A stretch of DNA of 63,241 nucleotides, filler included, from Caldilineae bacterium (GTDB lineage Bacteria; Chloroflexota; Anaerolineae; DTLA01): assembly GCA_037446815.1 (NCBI GenBank). It is 3 parts of 3 records of this genome, joined end to end, with 100 filler letters (N's around TTAATTAATTAA, not from the genome) between each part and the next. Parts side by side here need not be neighbours in the genome. Positions count along the whole stretch, not along the records: positions 43,233 to 63,241 come from JBBIHX010000043.1; 2 more parts are not named here. One strand, 5' to 3'. Positions 52,629-61,914 of this stretch are shown piece after piece. The position numbers and the translations under genes are program-made. The notes beneath the pieces are model-generated. The model was not told the DNA's origin. It searched no databases and saw only the letters and a list, made by a program, of their open reading frames with translations. Position 1 is the stretch's first letter. Each line of letters starts with the position of its first letter.

Positions 52629-53543
52629 CTAGACGACCGGAATCCGCAGGTCTTCGGCGTTGCGCTTGCTCTGCGTCAGGTGCGGGTAGTACTTGCTGAC
52701 CATCTCCACGACGATGGCCGCCTGCTCGGCCATGCGCTTGCCCTCGGCCGCCGAGGTCATCTCGCCGTGGCCGCCCACGACGGAGTTGCCCGTCTTCAGG
52801 TGGACCGGCGCGGCAATCCGGGCGATCTCGGGCGCCTCGTACACGCGGATGAAGCCGCCGGACCCGGGCGGGTTGTCGGTGTGCACGTCAATCGGAACCT
52901 TCACCGCGGCGCGCAGCGCGGCGATCATGGGCAGTTGCAGGTCGCGCACGGGGTTGATGCTGTCCGCGCCCAGGCTCTCCAGCAACTTGAACGATGCCGG
53001 GTTGCAGTGGCCCAGGTGCGCCGACGTCTTGAAGATAATCTCCTTGGGCAGTTCGCCCTCCTTGCGCATCTCGTTGACGACCCACAGCATACCCTCGTCG
53101 TAGATGAGGAAGCCGCGCACGCCCAGGTCAATGCCGCGCTTGATGTCCTCAATGCCGCGAAGCAACTGCTCCATACCGCGCAGGCGGTAACTGATGCGCA
53201 CGCCCTGCGGCGAGAGCACCGTCGCGCCCGTATCGTAGGTCGCGCGCGGGCCGGTGGACATCAGCAGTTCCGCCCCGTAATCGTGGCACAGTTTCACGTA
53301 CTCTTTGATCTCCTGCGCCGTGTGGCGGAACATGCCGTAGGTCTCGGTAACGCGGTTGATGGTGATGCCCATCTTGTCAGCGGTCTCCAGCAGGGCCGCG
53401 ACCGCCGCCGACGAGTTCACCGTGGGCACCTCAATGCGATACGCGGCGCCATCGGGGAACCGCGCGTCCGATGTGGGCAAGTCCCACAGGTCGCCTTCGG
53501 GCAGACCGATCTTCTTCATGAACTTCCGACTGGCTTCAAACAT
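52629..53543 (-). CDS. Peptidase-U32-like TIM-barrel protein of unknown function
   Basis: FPDGAAYRIEVP, G.RGFLIYDEG, GADSINP, PIDVH. Lacks the U32 Fe-S Cys cluster motif. Confidence 0.6.
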   Translation of the reverse strand: MFEASRKFMKKIGLPEGDLWDLPTSDARFPDGAAYRIEVPTVNSSAAVAALLETADKMGITINRVTETYGMFRHTAQEIKEYVKLCHDYGAELLMSTGPRATYDTGATVLSPQGVRISYRLRGMEQLLRGIEDIKRGIDLGVRGFLIYDEGMLWVVNEMRKEGELPKEIIFKTSAHLGHCNPASFKLLESLGADSINPVRDLQLPMIAALRAAVKVPIDVHTDNPPGSGGFIRVYEAPEIARIAAPVHLKTGNSVVGGHGEMTSAAEGKRMAEQAAIVVEMVSKYYPHLTQSKRNAEDLRIPVV

Positions 53544-53579
53544 GTGAATTCCTCCTCAAGAATAGATTGCGAGTCTTCG

Positions 53580-53942
53580 CTACTTGCAGTGCTGGGGCAG
53601 CGGCGGCGAGTACACCCAGACGAGTTTCAGCGGCTCGTCGCCGATGTTCTCCAGCCGATGCTTCTTGCCGATGGGGGAATAGATGGCGGTCTCCGGGCCG
53701 ACTTCCCACTCGCCCTCGCCCTCTATCACCAGCTTGGCGCGCCCGCTGATGATGAACATGACCTCCTCCGAGTCCTCGTGCACGTGGTCGGGGATCATGC
53801 TGCCCACTTCGGTAACGTTCAGGCCCATGGACACGGCCTTCGTTCCGACGGACTTGGGGCTGAGCAACAACTTGGACACGCGAGGCGGCGTCCGGTACTC
53901 GCCTTCCACTTCGGCGGCTACAACAAACGGGCCTTTCTTCAT
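53580..53942 (-). CDS. Cupin domain protein
   Basis: HVHEDSEE..G motif 1 and P.GKKH..N motif 2. Confidence 0.88.
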   Translation of the reverse strand: MKKGPFVVAAEVEGEYRTPPRVSKLLLSPKSVGTKAVSMGLNVTEVGSMIPDHVHEDSEEVMFIISGRAKLVIEGEGEWEVGPETAIYSPIGKKHRLENIGDEPLKLVWVYSPPLPQHCK

Positions 53943-53992
53943 AACACATCCTCCATTAGTTATGTAAACTTCCGTGGTACATCATCGGTGGC

Positions 53993-54775
53993 TCACAGCG
54001 ACACCGCGCCCACATCTCGCGCAATGGCCTCCGCCGTTGCGCGAACCGCAGGCGCGACTTCCAGGATACGTTCGCGGGTCAAACGGAACGCGGGCCCTGC
54101 GACGGCTACAGCGGCAATGGGATGCCCTCGCATATCCAGCACCGGCGCCGCCACCGCATTGATGCCCGCTTCGTGCTCCTGGTACGAGACGGCATATCCG
54201 CGCTGGCGCGTCGCCTCCAAATCCGTAAGCAGCGCTTCGCGGGTTGCCAGCGTGGTATCGGTGTACCGACTCAACTCGGCAGGAAGTAGACGATCCAGAT
54301 CGTCCGGAGAGACAAACGCCAGCAGCGCCTTGCCGGAAGCCGTGCTGTGCACCGGCAGGCGCTGACCGGGCCGTGCCGCCAATTTGACGCGATGGGGGCT
54401 CTCCACAACCTCCAGGTAGACTACGCTATCCCCGTCCAGGATGGACAGGTCTACAGTCTCCTGGCACTCTTCCACGAGGCGATAGAGGTGGGGCCGGGCG
54501 CGCTGTTGCAGGTCGTTGTGTTCCATCACGAGGAAGGCCAGTTGCACCAGCCGCGTCCCCAGTCGGTAGCGGCCGGTTTCGGGGTCCCGCTGCACGAACT
54601 GCTTGGATTCCAGCGTGCCGAGGAGGCGATGCATGGTGCTCTTGTGGATCCCCAGGCGCGCCGAAAGTTCGGTCAGCGACAGTTCAGGCTCGTTGTGGCT
54701 GAAGCAAAGGAGGATGTCCAGGGCTTTCGCCACGGTGCGCGTCTCTTCTTGTGTGGGCTCTCGCTTCGTCTGCAT
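53993..54775 (-). CDS. IclR family transcriptional regulator
   Basis: VAKALDIL, KSTMHRLL.TL, STASGKALLA, AVAAPV. Confidence 0.95.
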   Translation of the reverse strand: MQTKREPTQEETRTVAKALDILLCFSHNEPELSLTELSARLGIHKSTMHRLLGTLESKQFVQRDPETGRYRLGTRLVQLAFLVMEHNDLQQRARPHLYRLVEECQETVDLSILDGDSVVYLEVVESPHRVKLAARPGQRLPVHSTASGKALLAFVSPDDLDRLLPAELSRYTDTTLATREALLTDLEATRQRGYAVSYQEHEAGINAVAAPVLDMRGHPIAAVAVAGPAFRLTRERILEVAPAVRATAEAIARDVGAVSL

Positions 54776-54813
54776 CAGACTTCACCAACCCCGATGCGCC
54801 TTCGCGTGGGTCA

Positions 54814-54873
54814 GTTTCAGTTTTTGAAACCTAGTTTCATTTTGATTATATCACCGAATCTCCCCCCTGTCAA
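54814..54873 (-). promoter_or_regulatory. Consensus sigma70 promoter with a putative IclR operator
   Basis: TTGACA (54873-54868)-17-TATAAT (54850-54845). Inverted repeat GTTTCA-N5-TGAAAC (54814-54830) plus a half site at 54834. Confidence 0.8.
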
Positions 54874-54888
54874 ATTCTCGTTCCCCGC

Positions 54889-55039
54889 GATTCGGTTCCA
54901 AAGTCTGTTGGCATCTACCGTCATTCTGAGCGGCGAAGCCGCGAAGAATCTCGCTGACCGAGATGCTTCGCCTTCGGCTCAGCATGACAGAGCGGAGAGG
55001 CGGTGCGCGGGGCAGACCAACACAAGATGGAACCGAGTC
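54889..55039 (+). mobile_element. MITE-like element, cargo type B, followed by a degenerate second left end at 55048
   Basis: GATTCGGTTCCAAAGTCTGTTGG...CCAACACAAGATGGAACCGAGTC. Flanks TTCCCCGC and CTCTCCGC match 6/8. Confidence 0.8.
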
Positions 55040-55338
55040 CTCTCCGCGATTCGGTTCCGGGGCCTGTTGGTTGCCCTCATTGCGATAGCCCACCGCGCCC
55101 GCAGCGATCTCCCCCTTCCAGGCCCTCTCCCAGTGCGTGGTGGCCCGTTGTCCTGTCATCCTTCGCCGCTTCGCGGCTCAGAATCTCGCGCGCCTATCCG
55201 AGCAACCCGCGTTGTTCGCGGTTATCGCCCCACGAGATGGATTCACCACGATCGCGCGAACGCACGAGGAGGGTGTGGCGTGGCCCACCGACACAGGGCA
55301 AAGCGTGCGCGCACAACAAACTCCGACGCACGCCATCG

Positions 55339-55488
55339 GATTCGGTTCCAAAGTCTGTTGGTATTTGTCATTGCGAGGGCGCGGAGCGCCCGAAGCAATC
55401 TCTGGGGCGTGAGGTTGCTTCGCTTCGCTCGCAACGATACACGGGGAGAGTGTCCATGCGTTTCACCAACACAAGATGGGACCGAGTT
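55339..55488 (+). mobile_element. MITE-like element, cargo type A
   Basis: GATTCGGTTCCAAAGTCTGTTGG...CCAACACAAGATGGGACCGAGTT. Perfect 8-bp direct repeat CGCCATCG (55331-55338, 55489-55496). Confidence 0.85.
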
Positions 55489-55649
55489 CGCCATCGCGTG
55501 CGTCGGAGTTGCTATCCCATGGGGATTACACCGCCCTTCGTTACCAGCCCGACCGCGCCCGCGGACGCGCCACACCGAGCCGTTCGACGGGCAACCATCC
55601 GCCTCGGCGGGAATCGGAAGCGTGCGGGCTAGAATTGCCGGCGCGCCTT

Positions 55650-56702
55650 CTACAACGCGATCTCCGAGCCCAGTTCCCGCGCAAGGCCGCGGATTTCGGC
55701 CAGCACGCTAGCGGGCACAGGCACGCCATTTTGCAGTCGGTCTTGTCGCTTGAGCCACTCTATCTCTCCCGGGAGGTAGATGCGCTCCACGCCGGGGGCG
55801 CGGGGGGAATTCAAGATGTCGCTCACGAGCGTTTGCATATCCCGCCGGAAGTCGTCCCAATCCGCAAAGGCCGAGATGTCCAGCGCCTGCATGACGAACC
55901 CCACCGACGAGGGCTGTTTCAGGTCGTGCACAGAGGTCAGCCGCGTGCCGAAATCCGCCCCCGACAGCACGCCCGACAACACGTCAATGATGAGGGCCAG
56001 CCCATACCCTTTCGGCCCGCCGATGGGCACCAGCGTCCCGTCCAATGCGGCCTTCGGGTCATCGGTCGGGCGGCCCTCCGCGTCCAGCGCCCACCCCAGC
56101 GGGATGCGCTCACCCTTGCTCGCCGCCAGGCGAATCTTCCCGCGCGCCACGACCGAGGAGGCCATGTCCAGGACAATGTCCACATCGCCGCCCGTGGGGA
56201 TGGCGATGCAGATGGGGTTGGTCCCCAAGACCGGCGCCGCCCCGCCCCATGCCGCCATGCTGGGGGCGGCGTTGGCCATCACGATCCCGACCATCCGTTG
56301 CGGCAGCGCCATCATGGCGTAGTAGGCCGCGATGCCGAAGTGATTGGCGTTGCGCACGGCGGCCACGCCCACGCCATGCTGTCGGGCGCGTTCCATGGCC
56401 TGATTCATCGCGAGCACACCCGCCACCTGTCCGAAGCCACGCTGGGCATCTAGGAGGACCGACGCGCTCCGCTCTCGCAAGACCTTGACCTCTGTCTTCG
56501 GCGTCATCAGCCCCGCCTGCACCCTGTGGATGTACGCGGGCAGTCGCAACAGCCCATGCGACTCCACGCCGCGCAGATCGGCCTCCACCACGATTTCGGC
56601 AATCAGGCGCGCCTCGTCGGGCGGCACACCAACGTTTTCCAGCAGGGTGCTGCAAGCCTGCGCCAGCACACCCGCCTGGATTCGGACAGTTTCCCCGGAC
56701 AT
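55650..56702 (-). CDS. Ldh2/Mdh2 family oxidoreductase (DlgD/AllD/ComC-like)
   Basis: ADLRGVESHGL, NANHFG, GTNPI, LDMASS, GGPKGYGL, LPGE. Confidence 0.9.
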   Translation of the reverse strand: MSGETVRIQAGVLAQACSTLLENVGVPPDEARLIAEIVVEADLRGVESHGLLRLPAYIHRVQAGLMTPKTEVKVLRERSASVLLDAQRGFGQVAGVLAMNQAMERARQHGVGVAAVRNANHFGIAAYYAMMALPQRMVGIVMANAAPSMAAWGGAAPVLGTNPICIAIPTGGDVDIVLDMASSVVARGKIRLAASKGERIPLGWALDAEGRPTDDPKAALDGTLVPIGGPKGYGLALIIDVLSGVLSGADFGTRLTSVHDLKQPSSVGFVMQALDISAFADWDDFRRDMQTLVSDILNSPRAPGVERIYLPGEIEWLKRQDRLQNGVPVPASVLAEIRGLARELGSEIAL

Positions 56703-56833
56703 TCGTCTAGCCTCCAGAATAGGATTTCTCGTACACAGTTGACCCGCCCCTGCCGATGCCGCAGTGCAAGGGCAAGAGCACCAAGACGGCGGCAGGCAGG
56801 GCCGTGCGCCCCACCTACCGCCGCCGGTGGTAA

Positions 56834-57544
56834 CTACGCTACGCCCAGATAGGCGTGCTGCACAACCGGGTTCTCGCGCAATGCTTCAGCGGTATCCGTG
56901 AAGCGGATGCGCCCCGTTTCCAGCACCACGCCGTGATGGGCAATCTTCAGCGCAGCGCGCGCGTTCTGCTCCGACAGCAGGATGGTGATGCCCTGGCGGT
57001 TCAGTTCCGCGATAATCTCAAAAACGTGTTGAACGAGCATGGGAGCAAGCCCCAGCGACGGCTCGTCCATGATGAGAATCTGCGGCCTGGACATCAGCGC
57101 GCGGGCGATGGCCAGCATCTGCTGCTCGCCACCGCTCAGCGACCCGGCCAGCTGCCGCTCGCGCCCCTTCAGGGCCGGGAACAGTTCGTACATGCGCGCC
57201 TTGTCCTGCGCGATCCCATCCGCGTCCGAGCGGTGATACGCGCCCATCTCCAGGTTCTCGTCCACGGTGAGCACCGGGAAAACGCGGCGACCTTCGGGCA
57301 CGTACCCGATTCCGCGCGCCACGATTTTGTGAGCCGGAAGCCGGTGCACCGGTTCGCCGTCCAAGTAGATGGCCCCTTGCCGAGGGTGCACGATGCCGCA
57401 GATGGCTTTCATCGTTGTGGACTTGCCCGCCCCGTTCGCGCCGATGAGGGTGGTGATCTCGCCCTTGCGCACCTCAAAGGAAATCCCCTTGACGGCGTGG
57501 ATGTGCCCGTAGTAGATGTGCACGTTCTCCAGGGTCAACATCAC
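56834..57544 (-). CDS. livF: Liv-type ABC transporter ATP-binding subunit
   Basis: GANGAGKST, LSGGEQQMLAIARALM, DEPSLGLAP. Confidence 0.88.
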   Translation of the reverse strand: MMLTLENVHIYYGHIHAVKGISFEVRKGEITTLIGANGAGKSTTMKAICGIVHPRQGAIYLDGEPVHRLPAHKIVARGIGYVPEGRRVFPVLTVDENLEMGAYHRSDADGIAQDKARMYELFPALKGRERQLAGSLSGGEQQMLAIARALMSRPQILIMDEPSLGLAPMLVQHVFEIIAELNRQGITILLSEQNARAALKIAHHGVVLETGRIRFTDTAEALRENPVVQHAYLGVA

Positions 57545-58302
57545 TCCCCCTCCTTGCCGAGGTACGCCTCAATGACGACGGGGTCGCAACTCACGGCGCT
57601 GCACGAACCCTCGGCGATCTTCTTCCCGTAGTCCAGCACCGACACCACATCGGAGATTTCCATCACCAGTTTCATGTCATGTTCCACGAGGAAGATGGTG
57701 ATGCCAGCCGCGCGGATTTGCAGCAGGATGTCGCGCAACTCGGCCGTCTCGGTCTCGTTGAGGCCGGCGGCAGGCTCGTCCAGCAGAACCACCGTCGGCT
57801 CGGTCGCCAGCGCCCGCGCGATCTCCACCCGCCGCTGCAGGCCGTAGGGCAGGCTGGTCGCGAGTTCGTCGGCGTACTGCTCTATCCGCAGAAGCCGCAA
57901 CTTCTCCATGGCCTTCTCTTTCAGTTGGCGCTCTTCCTGCCGCACTGCCAGGGGCGCCACCACGTGTTGCCAGAAGCGCGTGCGCGCGTGGTGCCCCAGC
58001 GCCACCTGCACATTCTCCAGAACCGTCATGCTGCGGAACAGGCGCAGGTTCTGGAACGTTCGGGCCAGCCCCAGCGCGGTGATCTTGTACGCAGGCAGCC
58101 CGCTAATCGTCTGCCCCTTGAATCGCACCATCCCGCCCGTGGGCTTGTAATAGCCCGACACGACGTTGAAGATGGTGGTCTTGCCCGAGCCGTTAGGCCC
58201 GATGAGGGCGTGGATCTCGCCTTCCTGGATGTTCAGCGACACGTTGTTCACGGCCACCAGGCCGCCGAATTGCATCGTGAGGTTTTCTATCTCTAGCAAC
58301 AT
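57541..58302 (-). CDS. livG: Liv-type ABC transporter ATP-binding subunit
   Basis: GPNGSGKTT, RTFQN, LPYG, DEPAAG, VIEAYLG. Confidence 0.88.
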   Translation of the reverse strand: MLLEIENLTMQFGGLVAVNNVSLNIQEGEIHALIGPNGSGKTTIFNVVSGYYKPTGGMVRFKGQTISGLPAYKITALGLARTFQNLRLFRSMTVLENVQVALGHHARTRFWQHVVAPLAVRQEERQLKEKAMEKLRLLRIEQYADELATSLPYGLQRRVEIARALATEPTVVLLDEPAAGLNETETAELRDILLQIRAAGITIFLVEHDMKLVMEISDVVSVLDYGKKIAEGSCSAVSCDPVVIEAYLGKEGE

Positions 58303-58306
58303 GGCG

Positions 58307-59314
58307 CTACCTCGCTTCTCCGGATGGCCCGTTGCCTGCCTCGCCGGTGTCTGCTTGGCGGGCCAAGCGGGATGCCTGCCGCTCCCGCCAGCGTGCGGCG
58401 ATGCCCATCACCCCGCCGGGGAAGAACAGCACCACCAGCACCACCGCCACGCCGTAGAACACCAACTGCCAGTCCCGGAATGTCCGCAAGGCTTCCTGCA
58501 GGATGACCAGAACGCCGCCCACCAGCGACCCCAGCAGATTGCCCATCCCGCCCACCATCGTCATGGTGAGGACAAAAAGCGTGGAGCGGAACTCAAAGAT
58601 GTCTGGGCTGATGTACGTGTTGAGGTGGGCGAACAGTACGCCGGCCACCCCCGCATACACCGCGCTGATCGTGATGGCAAGAATCTGGTAGAACCCGATG
58701 TTGACGCCCATGGCCTTGGCCGCCACATAGTCATCCCGCACCGCGCGGAACGCCCGGCCAAAACGGTGCCGCGTGATCTGCCGCGCAATCAGGTAGCCGA
58801 GGATGACCGCCGCCAGAACGAGGTAGTAGTACTTCTGCTCGGAGTTGAACACGAAGCCAAACAGGCTTGGCCGCTTGATGCCGGGGATCCCCATGGCTCC
58901 CCGGGTGATCTTCTCTTCGTTCACTAGGATGATGTTGATGACCTCGCCAAGCCCCAGCGTAACGATGGCCAGGTAGTGCGACCGCACCTTGAGCGAGGGC
59001 AGCGCGACGACGCTCCCGATGACCGCCGTAGCGACCATCGCCGCCGGCAGCGTCAACCAGAAGGGCCACTTGAAGTTGACATTGAGCAGCGCCGCAGTGT
59101 ACGCTCCCACGGCCCAGAACGCGCCCATGGCCAGGTTGATCTGGCCGCAGTAGCCCATGGCGATATTCAGCCCGAGGCTGATGAGGATGTACAGCCCCGT
59201 CATGTTCAGGATACGCACCTGATAGTCGTTCCGCGCGATCTTAGGCATGGCGAGGAGAAGCGCCAACAGCGCCACCAACGCGAGTGTTTTCCACAGGGTC
59301 GTGCGCGTCTTCAT
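58307..59314 (-). CDS. livM: Liv-type ABC transporter permease
   Basis: GLN...GY.GQ, YLAIVTLG, GRAFRAVRDD, PGG. Confidence 0.88.
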   Translation of the reverse strand: MKTRTTLWKTLALVALLALLLAMPKIARNDYQVRILNMTGLYILISLGLNIAMGYCGQINLAMGAFWAVGAYTAALLNVNFKWPFWLTLPAAMVATAVIGSVVALPSLKVRSHYLAIVTLGLGEVINIILVNEEKITRGAMGIPGIKRPSLFGFVFNSEQKYYYLVLAAVILGYLIARQITRHRFGRAFRAVRDDYVAAKAMGVNIGFYQILAITISAVYAGVAGVLFAHLNTYISPDIFEFRSTLFVLTMTMVGGMGNLLGSLVGGVLVILQEALRTFRDWQLVFYGVAVVLVVLFFPGGVMGIAARWRERQASRLARQADTGEAGNGPSGEAR

Positions 59315-59323
59315 CTCGCCCTC

Positions 59324-60217
59324 CTACACCTTCTCAACCGTCGTCTCGCCCACGATGCCGGAGGGCTTGACCATGAGGACGAGAACCATGATGATGAACG
59401 CGATGCCCTTCGTGTAGGCGGATGAGATGAAGCCCGCCGAGATCGCCTCAATCACGCCGAACAGCAGCCCGCCGACGATGGCGCCCGGGATGCTGCCCAG
59501 GCCGCCCAAGATGGCCGCGGCAAACCCCTTGATGCCCACCGCCGCGCTCATGGCCGGGTTCACGTACACGATGGGAGCCGCCAGGATGCCTGCTGCCGAT
59601 GCCAGCCCCGAGCCAATGGCGAACGTTACCGCGTTGGTGAAGTTCACCGGTATCCCCATGGCGCTGGCAATCTCGCGATCCTGAGCCGCCGCACGCATCG
59701 CCTTGCCCACCTTCGTCCGCGACAAGAACGTCTGCAGGCCGATCATGAGCAGCGTCCCTACCCCGATAACCAGCAGCATCTGCGGCAACAGGGACACGCC
59801 GCCCACAAGGATTGGTTTGGAGGGCAGGGGCGACTTCACCGCAAACCCCTCCGCGCCCCAGATGATGATGGCCAGGTTGTCCAGCATGATCCCCACGCCG
59901 ATGGTGCCCAGAAGCATGAGCATCAGATCCAGGTTCGCCAGGGGGCGGAACAGGCGCTCCAGCAGCACGCCCAATATCGCGGTCAGCACAACGCCGATGA
60001 TGAACGCCGCCCAGTAGGGCAGGTGCAGGCCGGCAACCATCCCCTTGTAGAAGATGATGCCGAAGTAGGTGCCAATCATGTAGATGCTGCCGTGGGCGAA
60101 GTTGACGAGGCCCATGGAACGGTACACCATGGAGTATCCCAGGGCCACCAGGGCGTAGATGCTGCCAATGCCCAGGCCGCCGACGATGGTCTGCACAAGA
60201 ATGACCGTCTTGGTCAT
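59324..60217 (-). CDS. livH: Liv-type ABC transporter permease
   Basis: GSIYALVALG, VNFAHG, GKAMRA, AAILGGLGSIPGA, KPSG. Confidence 0.88.
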   Translation of the reverse strand: MTKTVILVQTIVGGLGIGSIYALVALGYSMVYRSMGLVNFAHGSIYMIGTYFGIIFYKGMVAGLHLPYWAAFIIGVVLTAILGVLLERLFRPLANLDLMLMLLGTIGVGIMLDNLAIIIWGAEGFAVKSPLPSKPILVGGVSLLPQMLLVIGVGTLLMIGLQTFLSRTKVGKAMRAAAQDREIASAMGIPVNFTNAVTFAIGSGLASAAGILAAPIVYVNPAMSAAVGIKGFAAAILGGLGSIPGAIVGGLLFGVIEAISAGFISSAYTKGIAFIIMVLVLMVKPSGIVGETTVEKV

Positions 60218-60262
60218 GCCCCTCCTTTCAAGAACCGTCTAGACGTTCCAGCCGAAAGGAGA

Positions 60263-60296
60263 CAAGAGGGAGGCCGCGGGTGCAGCCTCCCTCTTG
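60263..60296. terminator. Intercistronic hairpin after the binding-protein gene
   Basis: CAAGAGGGAGGC...GCCTCCCTCTTG, a perfect 12-bp stem. Confidence 0.55.
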
Positions 60297-60305
60297 CAGC
60301 CGCAT

Positions 60306-61523
60306 CTACTGGACCGACACGGGGGTCAGTTTGCCGTCCTTGACAACGCCGATGCCCACGTTGTGCAGGCCTTCGCCGTTCTCGTCGTAGCAAATCTCGC
60401 CCTGCAAGCCCTGGACGCCGCAAATCTTGTGGAGTTCCTCGGTGATGCGCTCGGGCGTGATGTCGGGATAGGCCTTCTCCAGCGCCATGATGAGCACCGT
60501 AGCGCCATCATAGGCCTTGGCACCGTGGCTCTCCGGCTCGTCGCCCCAGCGGGCCTTGTATCGCGCCGCGAAGTCGCGGGTCATGTCGTTGAGATCGTTG
60601 GTGATGTACGGGTTGGAGTAGTAGGTGCCCTCCGCAGCATCCCCCGCAACCTCAACGAACTTGGTCGTGCCGATAGCCGCGCCGCCCGCGAATTGGCCGG
60701 TGAAGCCCAACTGCCGCGCCTGCTTGGCGATGAGGCCCGAAGCAACCTCGGAGCCGCCGAACAGGATGACCTCCGGATTGGTCTGGAGAATCTTGGTCAA
60801 CTGGCCGGTGAAGTCCTTGTCGTCAATCGCGTACCACTCCACGGCCAGGGGCTCCAGCCCGTGTTCCTTCAGGGCGTTGGTCTGGTATTCCGCCTCGCCC
60901 TTGCCGTAGGCCGACGTGTCGGAAATGATCGCGAACTTCTTGAACCCTTTGCCCACCATGAAGTCCACGATGCTCTTCTCATACGCGGGCCCAGCCGGGC
61001 AATCGCGGAACACGTACTTGCTGCCCTTCTGGGTAATGGTCGCGTTGAGCGCGGAGGTCAGATGCGGGATCTTGTACTCTTTGAAGATGTCCACGACCGC
61101 CAGGGTTGTCGTGCTATTGGTGCATGCGAACGCCGCCACCACCTTGTCCTGAGTGATGAGTTTCTGGGCCAGGGCTACGGCCTTGGTCGGGTCGGCCTCG
61201 TCGTCTTCCTGAATCAGCACCAGCGGCCTGCCGTGGATGCCGCCCTGCGCGTTCTTGGCCTCAAAGGCCAGCAGGATGCCGCGCTCGTCCCATTCGCCCA
61301 GGATGGCATTCGTGCCGGTCTTTGGCGCAATCCAGCCGATCTTGATGGGCTCAGGCGGCTGGGTCGGAGCCGCGGTGGGAGCCGCAGTCGGCTGCGCGGG
61401 CGCCGTGGTCGGTTGGGCCGCGGGCTTCGTGGGCGTGGGGGTAGCCTTCGCGCCGCACGCGCCCAGCAGCACCGCAACAATGGACAGCAGGGTAACCAGA
61501 AGATACACATTTCGCCGGGTCAT
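60306..61523 (-). CDS. Liv-type ABC transporter substrate-binding lipoprotein
   Basis: LGAC lipobox, Pro/Thr linker, IKIG...P.TG, GGIHGR, DFTGQLTKI, YDG. Confidence 0.9.
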   Translation of the reverse strand: MTRRNVYLLVTLLSIVAVLLGACGAKATPTPTKPAAQPTTAPAQPTAAPTAAPTQPPEPIKIGWIAPKTGTNAILGEWDERGILLAFEAKNAQGGIHGRPLVLIQEDDEADPTKAVALAQKLITQDKVVAAFACTNSTTTLAVVDIFKEYKIPHLTSALNATITQKGSKYVFRDCPAGPAYEKSIVDFMVGKGFKKFAIISDTSAYGKGEAEYQTNALKEHGLEPLAVEWYAIDDKDFTGQLTKILQTNPEVILFGGSEVASGLIAKQARQLGFTGQFAGGAAIGTTKFVEVAGDAAEGTYYSNPYITNDLNDMTRDFAARYKARWGDEPESHGAKAYDGATVLIMALEKAYPDITPERITEELHKICGVQGLQGEICYDENGEGLHNVGIGVVKDGKLTPVSVQ

Positions 61524-61673
61524 CTGCTCTTCCTCCTCATGTTCCTGAATTCGTGGGTGGACCAGTCTCGCAAATCGGGATGACTCAGGTTTTCGGCGCT
61601 CTCACCTCCTTTCTCCTGTCAGTGCCCTCGGGTATCCTTGTACGGACGCAACGACAGGGGTATTCGGTTCTCC

Positions 61674-61913
61674 CTATCCGCCGGACAACGGTGGGAAGAG
61701 GCACACACGGCTGTCCGGCGGGACATCATGCTCCAGCGTTACCTGCACCCCGTTGACCGTGGCCAGCCCCACCGCTTCGGGGTCAATCCCCAGGCGCAGG
61801 GCCACGTCGCGCACCGTCAGGGGGCCTTCGGCGGCCAGGCGTTGCCGCCGCTCCGCTCGGGGCAGCAGCGCCCCGAATATCTCTACTTCAAACGAGAAGG
61901 TTTCTCCACTCAC
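61674..61913 (-). CDS. MoaD/ThiS family sulfur-carrier protein
   Basis: 79 aa, VNG, C-terminal LFPPLSGG. Confidence 0.85.
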   Translation of the reverse strand: MSGETFSFEVEIFGALLPRAERRQRLAAEGPLTVRDVALRLGIDPEAVGLATVNGVQVTLEHDVPPDSRVCLFPPLSGG

Positions 61914-61914
61914 G

